From the NCBI GenBank assembly GCA_965204115.1, contig OZ241963.1:377548-441547 (forward strand): 64,000 nt of DNA, in the 5' to 3' direction. A program made the translations under genes and the position numbers. This stretch comes from Minisyncoccota bacterium. GTDB taxonomy: Bacteria > Patescibacteriota > Minisyncoccia > Phycocordibacterales > JABAAK01. A model generated the notes under the pieces. It saw only the letters and a program-made list of their open reading frames with translations, did not search any database and was not told the DNA's origin. Positions 54,317-64,000 of this stretch are shown one piece after another. Position 1 is the first letter of the stretch, and each line of letters begins with the position of its first letter.

Positions 54317-55453
54317 ATGAAAAATAATGTGCTCATACTTCTTATATCCTTTTTGCTCCTGCTGGTACTTGGCGGCTTGGTGGTGCCGAACTATCTCAAT
54401 AACACACCGCCGTCAGATACTGCAGGCATAGATGGTGATCTTAAGAAGAAGGTCGGGCAAATTTTTATTATTGGTCTTCCGGGTGTGACCTCTGTGGATG
54501 ATGGGGTGCGGAGTGTACTTGAGGATATTAATCCGAGTGGCATTGCAATCTTTAGGAGTAATATTGAGTCGCCGGAACAACTTAAAGGACTCATTGCTGA
54601 TTTACAAAAAATACCGGAAACTCCTTACTTCATTGCCATTGATGCGGAAGGTGGTGTCATTAATCGCCTGGTCACCGAAAAAGGATTTGCCATTGTCACA
54701 CCATCGGCGCAGACGCTCGGCAAAAGATCTGTAGAAAAAACAGGGGTAGCGATTCGAACGCTCTCATCTCAATTACAATCACTCGGTATTAACTGGAACT
54801 TTGCGCCGGTTGTTGCTGTTAACATTAACCCGGAGGGCGAAGCAATCGGTGCTCTTGAGCGATCGTTCAGTGCTGATCCGGAAATCGTTATCTCGCATGC
54901 GAAAGCATTTATACAAGCATCTGAATCCTTTAATGTTATACCGACGATCAAGCATTTTCCCGGTCTCGGCAGTGCGGCAAACAACACTGATTTTGCGACA
55001 GCTGACACTACAGACACCTTCCGATCGGATGAGGAGCTTCTGCCATACAGACACCTTATCGGAACCTTTGACTATAACAGTCCCGTTATGGTGACGCATG
55101 TTATAAACAGGGATCTTGATCCGAGCGGTCTCCCCGCATCACTGTCAAAAAGAATTACGACTGACCTTTTGCGGGATCAGATGGGCTTTGAAGGAGTTAT
55201 CGTGGTTGATGACATGCAGGCGGCGGCCATTGTTCAAAATTTTGATATTTCAGATGCGACCATTAAGGCAATACTAGCCGGTGTTGATATCATAATGTTT
55301 GATAATACACGCACCACATTTCCTCTGCAAGCGACTACTGCCGCGCGGGATGCCGTACTTCAGGCGGTGAAAGATGGTACGATCACCGAAGAGCAATTCA
55401 ACACCTCCCTGCAACGCATCAAAAAACTAAGGGAAAAGTTTGGTGTTGAGTAA
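54317..55453 (+). CDS. Glycoside hydrolase family 3 N-terminal-domain protein (NagZ-like beta-N-acetylhexosaminidase), membrane-anchored
   Basis: IDAEGGVINRL and KHFPGLGS GH3 motifs; N-terminal TM helix; 378 aa. Confidence 0.75.
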   Translation: MKNNVLILLISFLLLLVLGGLVVPNYLNNTPPSDTAGIDGDLKKKVGQIFIIGLPGVTSVDDGVRSVLEDINPSGIAIFRSNIESPEQLKGLIADLQKIPETPYFIAIDAEGGVINRLVTEKGFAIVTPSAQTLGKRSVEKTGVAIRTLSSQLQSLGINWNFAPVVAVNINPEGEAIGALERSFSADPEIVISHAKAFIQASESFNVIPTIKHFPGLGSAANNTDFATADTTDTFRSDEELLPYRHLIGTFDYNSPVMVTHVINRDLDPSGLPASLSKRITTDLLRDQMGFEGVIVVDDMQAAAIVQNFDISDATIKAILAGVDIIMFDNTRTTFPLQATTAARDAVLQAVKDGTITEEQFNTSLQRIKKLREKFGVE

Positions 55454-55563
55454 CCAAACGACCCTGGTGGTGAATCACACAATGGTGGATTATTCTGCTA
55501 TATATGGCGTACCATACTATACTAGGTGAACTTTAAAAAACAACACAGAAAGGAAGGATAGAT

Positions 55564-56511
55564 ATGAAACTTCAAGGCATTGACTTTGGGAATGTTCTCG
55601 GAGCATCAGGGGTGCAGGGGTTTTTCGGCGAGGGATACTGGTTCCACAAGGTATACAAGGTGATCGGCATGGATCTTTCAGCGATGACTTTTGTCTCCAA
55701 GACCGCAACAGCACGCCCGGAAGAGGGGAATATGCCCCTGACTAAGCGCTACACACCCAGGCAACTTCTTCCGGATTGCATCCGTGTGCGGATGGGTGAG
55801 GGGGCGGTGCTCAACGCCGTCGGGCTGAGTAACCCCGGGCTCTGCACACTTCTTGGGGTGGGGGAGTGGCAGCGGCGCATCAAGCCGTTCTTCATCTCAC
55901 TCACTTCGCTGGCAAACACTCGGGAAGGGCGTCGTCGTGAATTCCAACTTATGGTGGAACAATTGCATGCTGTTAAACACTTTTCAGCTCCATTCGGCGT
56001 GCAGCTCAACTTCTCCTGCCCCACAGAGCGTGTTAAGTCGTGGGAGATGATGCAGGAATCAGAAGAGATTCTCACTATAATGGGACAGCTCGGCGTGCCG
56101 GTAATGGCGAAATACAGTATCGCTTCGGCCTCGATAGACGCAGTTGTGGCCTTGGAAGATCACCCTGCCTGTGATGCGATTTGCGTGTCAAACACGATTC
56201 CATTCGGCTGGTGGCGGATTGATTGGAAAAGGGTGTGGGGAAGTGAGACCTCGCCGCTTGAACAGTATGGCGGCGGCGGGCTCTCCGGTGCTCCACTCGC
56301 CCGCATCGTGCCCAGATGGATCGACCGCCTTCGCGAAGCGGGCTTCACCAAGCCGATCAACGGTGGCGGTGGCATACTCCATCCGAGCGATGTGGACCGG
56401 TATCACCGATACGGTGCGTCCTCGATCTTTCTCGGCTCAGTTGTAATGCTGCGCCCATGGCAGATTCAAAAGATTATTGATCGTGCAAACACACTTTCCT
56501 GGGACAGATGA
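55564..56511 (+). CDS. Dihydroorotate dehydrogenase-family TIM-barrel flavoprotein (PyrD-like)
   Basis: NAVGLSNPG substrate/FMN motif and C-terminal GGGGILHPSD..GASSIFLGS pattern typical of the DHOD/DHPD-like family. Confidence 0.55.
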   Translation: MKLQGIDFGNVLGASGVQGFFGEGYWFHKVYKVIGMDLSAMTFVSKTATARPEEGNMPLTKRYTPRQLLPDCIRVRMGEGAVLNAVGLSNPGLCTLLGVGEWQRRIKPFFISLTSLANTREGRRREFQLMVEQLHAVKHFSAPFGVQLNFSCPTERVKSWEMMQESEEILTIMGQLGVPVMAKYSIASASIDAVVALEDHPACDAICVSNTIPFGWWRIDWKRVWGSETSPLEQYGGGGLSGAPLARIVPRWIDRLREAGFTKPINGGGGILHPSDVDRYHRYGASSIFLGSVVMLRPWQIQKIIDRANTLSWDR

Positions 56512-56537
56512 CGGAGGAGGTAGCATTGATCACAAGA

Positions 56538-56578
56538 GGTGCAGAAGCAAAAAGCTTCTGCACCCTTTTTCCTTTTTC
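56538..56578 (+). terminator. Rho-independent terminator (GGTGCAGAAGC-AAAAA-GCTTCTGCACC + T-run)
   Basis: 11-bp perfect stem followed by CTTTTTCCTTTTTC. Confidence 0.75.
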
Positions 56579-56705
56579 TCATCTTTTAATTGCCAAGCCC
56601 GAAAGTTGTTGGTGCCGTCTGAACGACAGTGGGGTATTTTATTGAGTAGAGTGGTTTTGTTGATACGCAGTATGTTGTGTTGAGGTGGTGTTATAGTATG
56701 GTTGT

Positions 56706-57083
56706 ATGTTCGTGAGGAAAAATATTGGGGAGATAGTGAGGGTGAGTACGGTTCCGGCGCTTATTGCGTCGTTGTGTTGTTTTTCTCCGGTATTGCTCGT
56801 GTCATTTGGGGTTATTTCGGTCAGTGTTGCCGGTGATCTTGCTCACACGCTCTATGGGGAATATAAGTGGCTGTTTCGCGCCGCAGGGTTTGTTGCGCTC
56901 ATTGTTTTTCTTGTTGCGTATCTCAAGAGGAAGAAAAATATCTGCACCCTGAATGATGTGAAGAGGCGGAGAAACGAGATTATTAATACCATCGCCCTGG
57001 CACTCATTGCCGGTTCTGTACTCTATATCATTTTTCTGTACGGCGTTGTTGAGTTGATTGGCATGGCGTTGGGTATTTGGTAG
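56706..57083 (+). CDS. Hypothetical small membrane protein (3-4 TM helices)
   Basis: 125-aa ORF, hydrophobic throughout. Confidence 0.4.
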   Translation: MFVRKNIGEIVRVSTVPALIASLCCFSPVLLVSFGVISVSVAGDLAHTLYGEYKWLFRAAGFVALIVFLVAYLKRKKNICTLNDVKRRRNEIINTIALALIAGSVLYIIFLYGVVELIGMALGIW

Positions 57084-57135
57084 AGTTTCACACCACTCTT
57101 GCTGCGGGGTGGGTTATTTTGATTTTTGTGCTTTC

Positions 57136-57408
57136 CTATTGCGTCAGTTGAATGAGTATTGCTTCTTTGTCCTCTACTGTTTTGAGGCAGAAACGATTTA
57201 CATCGTTCAGCAGCTGTTCGTTTTGAGATAATTCCTCTATGTCAAGTTTTGGCTTGCCTGTTATCTCTTCAACACACTTTTTTACTGCTTCTATGTCGGT
57301 TACCGGATCGTAGGTGTGCTTGATTTTCTTCGGCTGCGTGAGCATGATTCCGACGAGGATGGTAACGCCCACCACCACTGCTATACCTATTGCTTTATTT
57401 TTATTCAT
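57136..57408 (-). CDS. Hypothetical small membrane-anchored protein
   Basis: The ORF track extends to 57552, which would overlap tRNA-His on the other strand; shortened to internal start MNKNKAIGIAVVVG. Confidence 0.35.
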   Translation of the reverse strand: MNKNKAIGIAVVVGVTILVGIMLTQPKKIKHTYDPVTDIEAVKKCVEEITGKPKLDIEELSQNEQLLNDVNRFCLKTVEDKEAILIQLTQ

Positions 57409-57480
57409 TAGTATAAGTATACAACACTGTTTTTGTGGGATGTGTTGTTTTGCACTCTTGCGGTGTATAATTGAGATTGT

Positions 57481-57553
57481 GGTGCCTATGGTGTAATGGT
57501 TAGCACTTGGGCTTGTGGAGCCCACGGAGAGGGTTCGAATCCCTCTAGGCACC
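57481..57553 (+). tRNA. tRNA-His (anticodon GTG) with encoded G-1
   Basis: G-1 pairs with discriminator C73; acceptor GTGCCTA/TAGGCAC, anticodon loop TTGTGGA, T-arm GAGGGTTCGAATCCCTC. Confidence 0.8.
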
Positions 57554-57877
57554 CCTTAGAAATTACTATTTTCAGGTTAATTCGTGGGGTCCTTATTTTT
57601 TACGGTATTTCCTCCGGTATTTCCTCATTTGTTTGACAAGATCAGGGTTCTATCTTTTGGTTTTTGTCAAGGTTGTTGATATTGTGGAAGTGGGTATAAT
57701 GATTGGGATGGTGTGTGGCTTTGATACCTGCCTACGGCAACCCAAACAGTGGTCGGAGCTGGAAGATCTCACATCTTTAATGGTCACCCGACTTACAACA
57801 AAAACACTCGCGCATACCTGCGCGAGTGTTTTTGTTTGGGCGGTATGGTGTATTTTCGTGATATACTTTTTGCAGGT

Positions 57878-59416
57878 ATGCGCTTCATTTCTCGCAAGAA
57901 TGTCGGTGTTGTGTTAGCAGTCATTATGCTGGCTGTGGGTGCATACTTTATTATGATACAACCTATGTCAGAACAAAAAAACCGTACACAGGTTACGCTT
58001 GCCAAACATCAGGATTTTGTAATTGCGACAGGACGCGTTGAAGCGCGGGATGATGTTACGCTCTCATTTGAGGGCGGCGGCTCTGTTTCTCATGTTGCCC
58101 GTCAGGCGGGGGACACTGTTTCCGCGGGAGGCACCATCGCTTCGCTGGACGCAGGAACTTTGCGGGCAGATGTTGAGGCGCAGCGGCTGCGCGTTGAGCA
58201 GGCATCCATTCGGCTGAACAGCTTTGTTGACGGCCCTGAGGACGCTGAGCGGATGCGGGTTGAGGCAGATGTCACTGTCGCCGATAAGACGATGGATAAG
58301 GAGGTGCACCTTGCCCTTGTGTCGGCACAGAAGATTGCCAACAACGTTGAGAATATGGTACGCACGGAGTTTGACACTCTGTTTGATCGATCCGGTGATG
58401 ATTTTCGCTTTAAGATGAATATTTCCTCCACCGACAGGCAGCGAGTTAGTGAGATTCGTGAAGGTTTTGAGAAGGTGCTTGATCGCTGGCGTATTTGGCT
58501 CAACAACAGTGAGTTTACCTACCATCAATCCATTATTATTTCAAAACAACTTGAGCGTGATCTGCGCTTGCTTCTTGAGGGGGTCGTTGAAATCTATGAT
58601 TTTGTGCTACCGTTCCGGGACTCTCAGGTGGAAGGGGAGAATGTGTTCCTGCTTTCTTCAAGGCTGCGTGGAGTGCTTGTCACGGCGATTGCGGATGTGG
58701 TGCGCGCTCTTAACGCTGTTGAGGTGGCGCGGGCAAAATATCAGCTTTCTGTCGCCCGATCAAAAGAGATTCTTGCCGGCAGCACCAAATCAGACCAAAA
58801 AACACAGGAAGCACAGATTGATATTGAGCGAAAAAAGCTGCAGCGACTTGAGTTGCAGCTGGCGAAGACGGAGATCAAGGCGCCGTTTGATGGTGTGGTC
58901 GGTGAGATCTTCGTGACTGAGGGTGAGGTCGTCACCGCAGGTGCTGATGCTGTTCGCTTCATTTCTCAGGAAGGGTTCACTTTGTCGGTTGATGTGACCG
59001 AGGTTGAGATACAGGATGTTGTGCCGAAACAGGAGATGCAGGCGTATGTGGAGGCGACCGGTACGGAGATATCTGTTCGGGTGCGTACCATTGATGCAAC
59101 GGAGAACCGCGTGAATGATGTGCCGGTGTATACCGTTGTCCTTGATGTTGGTGAGGAGCACACCTCGCTTCGCCCGGGTATGACGGTGGATGTGTATATC
59201 CCTTCCGGTGATGCGACCGATGTGTTTTCTGTGCCGCGGGCTGCTATCGTGGCGAAGGACGGAAAAGATTTTGTGGTGATCGAACGAGGAGGCGATACTA
59301 TGCAGGTTCCGGTTGTTGTTGGTGCTTCACTTGATAACGGTTTTGTTGCGGTAACCGGTGACTTACTCAAAGACGATGTGGTCGTGTTCACAAAGAACTC
59401 ACCTGATCGGCGGTAA
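57878..59416 (+). CDS. HlyD/MacA-family periplasmic adaptor (membrane fusion protein)
   Basis: N-terminal TM helix, long coiled-coil region and C-terminal beta-barrel-type segment. The ORF-track start at 57749 is rejected in favour of ATG 57878 just before the TM helix. Confidence 0.7.
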   Translation: MRFISRKNVGVVLAVIMLAVGAYFIMIQPMSEQKNRTQVTLAKHQDFVIATGRVEARDDVTLSFEGGGSVSHVARQAGDTVSAGGTIASLDAGTLRADVEAQRLRVEQASIRLNSFVDGPEDAERMRVEADVTVADKTMDKEVHLALVSAQKIANNVENMVRTEFDTLFDRSGDDFRFKMNISSTDRQRVSEIREGFEKVLDRWRIWLNNSEFTYHQSIIISKQLERDLRLLLEGVVEIYDFVLPFRDSQVEGENVFLLSSRLRGVLVTAIADVVRALNAVEVARAKYQLSVARSKEILAGSTKSDQKTQEAQIDIERKKLQRLELQLAKTEIKAPFDGVVGEIFVTEGEVVTAGADAVRFISQEGFTLSVDVTEVEIQDVVPKQEMQAYVEATGTEISVRVRTIDATENRVNDVPVYTVVLDVGEEHTSLRPGMTVDVYIPSGDATDVFSVPRAAIVAKDGKDFVVIERGGDTMQVPVVVGASLDNGFVAVTGDLLKDDVVVFTKNSPDRR

Positions 59417-59459
59417 GGTTCGGATAATTTGTGGGTGTTATTTTATATAAGTAGGTATT

Positions 59460-60794
59460 ATGAAAAAGAATGATCTTTCTGTCGGCTCTTTTCTGACACT
59501 GCGGTACATTCGCGGCGCGAATCGCTGGACAACCGCGCTTATTATATTCGTGATGGTGCTGACTTTTTTAAACTTAACCGTTATCGGCGGTTTGCTGGAG
59601 GGTATTGTGGTCGGATCGTTTGTCGGGCTGCGTGATCGCGCGATTGGGGATGTGTTTATCTCTGCGAAGGAGGGTGAGTCCGCTGTCGGGAGGACGCAAT
59701 ACATCCTGCGTGATCTGCGCGGTGATGCCCGGGTTATGTCGTTCTCGCCGCGGTATAGTACGCGCGTTGAAGCGATTACTGAGGACGATGTGTATATGGT
59801 GACCAACGCTCGTGAGATGCGAAAGTCTGTGACCGCAACTGCACTCGGTGTTGATCCGGACGCAGAGCGGCGCACCACTAACCTGCAGAATAGTTTGCTT
59901 GAAGGCAGCTATTTCAGTCCGTCCGGTTCGCGGCGTGAGATTCTTATCGGCAGTGCGTTGCTGGAGCGATACTCACCGTTCGGCGCTGAGGTGCTCTCTG
60001 ATGTATACCCCGGGGACTTTATCTTTTTGCGCATGGGAGGCAGTGGGGGAAGCGGTTTTGGGTACGATACCGACGATGACCGGCTGAGCCAGAATGCGCT
60101 CTCCGGAAAACGCGATGCTGTTTCCGGTACGATACTGCAAAAATATCAGGTTCGCGGCGTATATCGCACTAAAGCAGGTGAGCTTGACTTGGCGATTATT
60201 ATGCATGATGACGAGGTTCGCGCACATAACCCTATTCCCGGTAATAACGCAAACAGTATCGCCATTCGCCTCGCTGATCCTAATAGCGCTGTTTCCGTGC
60301 GGGATGATTTGCTCGGTTCATTCGGACGGTACGCAAAGGTTGAGACGGTTGAAGATGCTATCGGGCCATTTCTCGGTGATATCCGAACGGTATTCAAGAT
60401 GCTCGGTTCTGTGGTCGGTGCTATCGGGCTGGCGGTTGCGTCGGTGACTATTTTTATCATTATTTTTGTTACCGCTGTTTCACGCAGTCGGTTTATTGGC
60501 ATCCTGAAAGCGATCGGTATCACGCCGAATGCCATACGGATATCGTATGTTTTGTACGCCCTGTCATTTGCAGTGGTTGGCTCGCTTGTCGGCCTGTCAA
60601 TACTGTACTTTGTGTTGGTGCCGTTCTTTGCGGCAAATCCGATACCGTTTCCTTTTAGTGACGGTATTTTATACATCACGCCGAGCGGGGTTGGCATACA
60701 AGTCGCCCTCCTGTTTGTCGCCACCCTTATTGCCGGACTCATTCCGGCACATCGCGTGGTGAGGCGCCCGGCGATACAGGCGATACGAGGATGA
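59460..60794 (+). CDS. FtsX-like ABC transporter permease (MacB/LolE-type)
   Basis: N-terminal TM helix, large extracytoplasmic domain, and C-terminal three-helix FtsX bundle; 444 aa. Confidence 0.75.
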   Translation: MKKNDLSVGSFLTLRYIRGANRWTTALIIFVMVLTFLNLTVIGGLLEGIVVGSFVGLRDRAIGDVFISAKEGESAVGRTQYILRDLRGDARVMSFSPRYSTRVEAITEDDVYMVTNAREMRKSVTATALGVDPDAERRTTNLQNSLLEGSYFSPSGSRREILIGSALLERYSPFGAEVLSDVYPGDFIFLRMGGSGGSGFGYDTDDDRLSQNALSGKRDAVSGTILQKYQVRGVYRTKAGELDLAIIMHDDEVRAHNPIPGNNANSIAIRLADPNSAVSVRDDLLGSFGRYAKVETVEDAIGPFLGDIRTVFKMLGSVVGAIGLAVASVTIFIIIFVTAVSRSRFIGILKAIGITPNAIRISYVLYALSFAVVGSLVGLSILYFVLVPFFAANPIPFPFSDGILYITPSGVGIQVALLFVATLIAGLIPAHRVVRRPAIQAIRG

Positions 60795-60834
60795 GTTATA
60801 GGCGGTGTATTCAGGCAGTGTATTATAGAGGTGT

Positions 60835-61554
60835 ATGAGCAAGAAAAAGAAGGGGCGCGCGAAGACGGCTGCGGTGCGGGCTGAGGACCTGGTGAAGTCT
60901 TTCATTGACGGAGATCAGGAGATACAGGTCTTGCGGGAAGTTGATTTTTCTGTTGCGCAGGGTGAATTTGTTGCTATCACCGGTGCGTCCGGTACCGGCA
61001 AGAGTACTTTGGTGTATCAGATGGGACTGCTGGATGAGCCGACGAGTGGTTCAGTGTATGTGGGGAGCCGGCTTGCCGGGAATATGTCGGTTTCTGAGCG
61101 GACAGCGTATCGGCTGCAACATTTCGGGTTTGTGTTTCAGGATTACGCGCTTATCCCTGAGCTGCGGGCGTGGGAGAATGTCGCACTGCCGGTGTTGATG
61201 CGTGGTGTCAGCATGCGAAAGGCGCGGAAGGCGGCATCCGCGATGCTGGATCAATTCGGTATGGGGGATCGGGTTAACCATTTTCCGAATCAGCTGTCCG
61301 GCGGGGAAGGGCAGCGGGTTTCTATTGCGCGGGCGATTGTACACCGTCCGAAAGTGTTGTTTGCCGATGAGCCGACTGCTAATCTTGATTCTGACCGGTC
61401 ACGACAGATTATTGATATTTTTCATGAGCTGCACCGCGGCGGGCAGACTATTGTGATGGTCACCCATGAGATGGAGTACGCGAGAGAGGCGGGGCGGTTG
61501 GTTGTTATGCATGCTGGTAAAGTGGAGTGTATGTCCACTAGGCGCAAGCGGTAG
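60835..61554 (+). CDS. ABC transporter ATP-binding protein (MacB/LolD-type)
   Basis: Walker A GASGTGKST, signature LSGGEGQRVSIAR, Walker B VLFADEPT, H-loop VTHE. Confidence 0.9.
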   Translation: MSKKKKGRAKTAAVRAEDLVKSFIDGDQEIQVLREVDFSVAQGEFVAITGASGTGKSTLVYQMGLLDEPTSGSVYVGSRLAGNMSVSERTAYRLQHFGFVFQDYALIPELRAWENVALPVLMRGVSMRKARKAASAMLDQFGMGDRVNHFPNQLSGGEGQRVSIARAIVHRPKVLFADEPTANLDSDRSRQIIDIFHELHRGGQTIVMVTHEMEYAREAGRLVVMHAGKVECMSTRRKR

Positions 61555-61657
61555 TTTGTGTCGTTGCAAAACATGCTATACTTTTTGTAATTAACACTTA
61601 AATTTTTTATATGAAAAATATTGTCAAATTAGTAGGGGGGGGGTAATTTTTGTTTTA

Positions 61658-62743
61658 TTGGTTATTGTGATTTTTTCTGCACAATCCGGTGAACAAGATG
61701 CTTTGCTGGTATCCGGCGACACTGTTACCATTGGTTGGATTGGTCCTCTTACCGGAGATGCTGCTGCGGTCGGTACCGACAGCGCCAAGATGGCACAGCT
61801 GTCTGTTGACGCTGTTAATGCACAGGGTGGTATTGATGGGAAGATGCTTCATTTGATTGTTGAGGACGATAAATACTCCACCGAGAAATCAATTGGTGCG
61901 TATGAAAAGTTGGTCAGAGTTGATGGCGTGAAGATTATTTTGATGCAGACCTACGGGTCATTGTTCGCTTTATCTGACAGGGCGGAGAGGGATGGTGTGG
62001 TGTTGGTTGGTGTTTTGGATAGCAATGACAATTTGGCTAACTTGGGGAAGCATGTTTTTTCGCTTGGTGTTGAATCAGAAAGTATTTCGAAGATGTTATC
62101 TGGCTATGCTAATACACAAGGATTTAAGAAGGCGGGAATATTGTATTTTGAGAGTGATACCTTTTTCCCTTATATAAAAGACCTTTTCGTGTCACTCTTT
62201 GACGGTGCGTCAGTGGCTGAGGGATATGTTGCCGGATTGCACGATTTTCGAACACCGCTCTTAAAGATGAAGGATGAGGGTGTAGATGTCTTTGTCTGCT
62301 TTGGGTATGACGAGTGTGGTAGTGCAATTTATCAGGCAAGGACACTTGGTATTGATACCCCCCTCCTTATGGCCGGAACTATTATGAGTCCTGCATTGCA
62401 TGAATTGGCGAGAGGGTACGCAGAGGGAGGCGTCTTTACTTTTTGGATAGCGTCTAAAGACAAGGAACCGGCGAGATCTGTTTTGGAGCGGTTCAAGGCG
62501 AAAGAGGGGAGGATGCCTTTTGTTGATGTGTTCTCACTACCTGCTTACGATGCGGTTCAGGCGACATCTTCTGCACTCTCCTCCTCTGGGGATTACAGTG
62601 TGAATTCTTTTTCTCGGTCGCTCAGAAATGTTCGTGGACTGCGAGGGGTGACCGGTGCGGTTAATTTTTCTGATGACGGAACTGCAAGGATACCATTCTC
62701 ATTATTCAGGTTAGAGCAAGGAGCTCCGGTGCCAATTAGGTAG
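61658..62743 (+). CDS. LivK-like (Peripla_BP_6) solute-binding protein; annotated from a TTG start, but the probable true ATG (61611) and signal peptide are out of frame because of a G9 homopolymer
   Basis: Body is a paralog of the SBPs at 32019 and 33311. Upstream ATG 61611 plus the G tract 61635-61643 would encode MKNIVKLVGGGVIFVLLVIVIFSAQS if the tract were G10. Confidence 0.7.
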   Translation: MVIVIFSAQSGEQDALLVSGDTVTIGWIGPLTGDAAAVGTDSAKMAQLSVDAVNAQGGIDGKMLHLIVEDDKYSTEKSIGAYEKLVRVDGVKIILMQTYGSLFALSDRAERDGVVLVGVLDSNDNLANLGKHVFSLGVESESISKMLSGYANTQGFKKAGILYFESDTFFPYIKDLFVSLFDGASVAEGYVAGLHDFRTPLLKMKDEGVDVFVCFGYDECGSAIYQARTLGIDTPLLMAGTIMSPALHELARGYAEGGVFTFWIASKDKEPARSVLERFKAKEGRMPFVDVFSLPAYDAVQATSSALSSSGDYSVNSFSRSLRNVRGLRGVTGAVNFSDDGTARIPFSLFRLEQGAPVPIR

Positions 62744-62821
62744 ATGTCTGTTGGGTTATTCTTTTCGCAGGCGGCAATGCGCGCTCCGCAGGGTGATTAT
62801 ATTGCTATACTATAGGCGTCT

Positions 62822-63052
62822 ATGGCGTATGGTGTCCTTATACTTCTTTTTGTGATCGTGGTGATGGTTATTTTTTTCATCGTTGTGAGCGGTGGGATTT
62901 CTGATATGTGGGACACCGCGAAGGATGTTTTTCAATACAAGGCGACGAGTGCGATGCTGGGGGCGGGGATTTTACTGATACTTCTTATCATTGTCGGCGG
63001 AGGTGTCGCCCGGGAGGGGTTGACAATTATGGATATTCTGTTGTGGCAGTAG
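62822..63052 (+). CDS. Hypothetical small membrane protein (2 TM helices)
   Basis: 76-aa hydrophobic ORF. Confidence 0.35.
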   Translation: MAYGVLILLFVIVVMVIFFIVVSGGISDMWDTAKDVFQYKATSAMLGAGILLILLIIVGGGVAREGLTIMDILLWQ

Positions 63053-63167
63053 CGGCTTTGCTTTTTTGCTGTTTTATGGTATTGTATAGGCGGGACTGGT
63101 TGGGGTTACCCTGACCTTGTACTCACAATTTTACTATAAGATTTTGCTGTAAGGAGGCAAAAAACAA

Positions 63168-64000
63168 TGAGGTATTTGATTGCAGTAGTTCTCTGGTTAT
63201 TAGTGTTTTTGATTGCAGTCCTTTATGCTTCCTATTCTGTGGAAGCATCGGGTATGGAAACTTCGGACGCAGAGACATTGAGCCAGACGGGTGTGGAGCA
63301 GGAAGTGGTGGAAGAGGGGATTCAGGAAGATTCTCAGGATGTGGATTCCTTGAACGATATGAGGGATACTGAGGAGATTCAAGAAGATTCTCAAAGTACG
63401 GATATCATCCCGATTGATGCAGAGGAGATCCGGGAAGACTCTCAAGATACGGATTCTTTGAGTGATGTGGAGGATACTGAGGAACTTTCAGCTGACCCTC
63501 TTCCTGAGTTCTCATTGTCATCAGAGGCGGAGAAGCGGCTTTCCGAAAGGATCAGAGAGATATCGGAGGAGGCGCAGAGACGGGAGCGGTCCAGTTATGC
63601 CCTATCTTACCTTGCTGGCTACACCGATCAAGGTGTTGATGAGGTCCTCCCGGAACATTTTTTCCAAGGACATATTGTTTCTCAGGGAATCGCATTCTCG
63701 CATCGCGCCGGTTTTCGGCTTGCTATTGAGAACCTTACCAGCATTGCTGGCGGGGGATTTAGCGATATGGGAGACAGGACACTGCTGAGTGCCGAGGTTT
63801 GGAAAAAATCCGGTTTTCTGTATGGTTCCGTCCAGCATCGATGGGTGCATGCGAATTATAGGGTGAGCGAAGATTTTTTCTTTGGTGACAGGCACAGAAC
63901 GGCCGTGCGAGTCGGGCTGATGATCGGACCACTACAGCCGCATGCCTTCGTCGCATCTGATCTTCCGGCATATATGTCAGTCAATGAGATGGCTGTGTAC
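63168..64000 (+). CDS. Secreted protein with acidic IQEDSQD(V/T)DSL repeats, 3' end beyond window
   Basis: AGGAGG RBS at 63152-63157, signal/TM N-terminus MRYLIAVVLWLLVFLIAV, three acidic ~19-aa repeats, open frame to the window end. Confidence 0.55.

Noticed and set aside
57408-57552. N-terminal 48 codons of ORF 57136..57552
   Set aside because: They overlap tRNA-His(GTG) on the opposite strand; the ORF is shortened to an internal Met.

Overview
The window reads as a chromosomal segment from a reduced-genome, CPR/Patescibacteria-like bacterium, judged by class I LysRS, a trigger factor lacking the PPIase domain, DUF3179, N-terminally membrane-anchored orphan solute-binding proteins and a 4150-aa repeat protein. 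This is inference from gene content, not a search result. GC is roughly 50% with AT-rich inserts. Content: a partial P2-type cation ATPase, 11 tRNA genes (several with remnants of their 3' ends nearby), an extracytoplasmic redox/copper cluster (MauE-like, multicopper oxidase, Spondin_N, thioredoxin, CcdA, Bcp) bounded by tRNA-Ser genes and inverted repeats, housekeeping genes (tig, ppa, nusA, pepA, LysRS, cca, HIT, tsaC, pgk-tpiA, rpmB, ung, dcd, ham1, nagZ-like, pyrD-like), an AT-rich Type II R-M island carrying a GHKL-ATPase/nuclease-like fusion, a 12.4-kb giant tandem-repeat surface protein, three paralogous LivK-like SBPs (one behind a G9 homopolymer), a flavin-transfer operon (membrane FAD/NAD reductase + FMN-bind + ApbE), an Asp-box propeller-DacA fusion, and a MacAB-like ABC efflux operon. 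The single most striking feature is a ~470-bp tandem array of eight canonical parS (TGTTTCACGTGAAACA) sites at 39.9-40.4 kb. No rRNA, CRISPR, integrase or transposase genes were recognised. All tRNA anticodons were folded by hand and need tRNAscan-SE confirmation.
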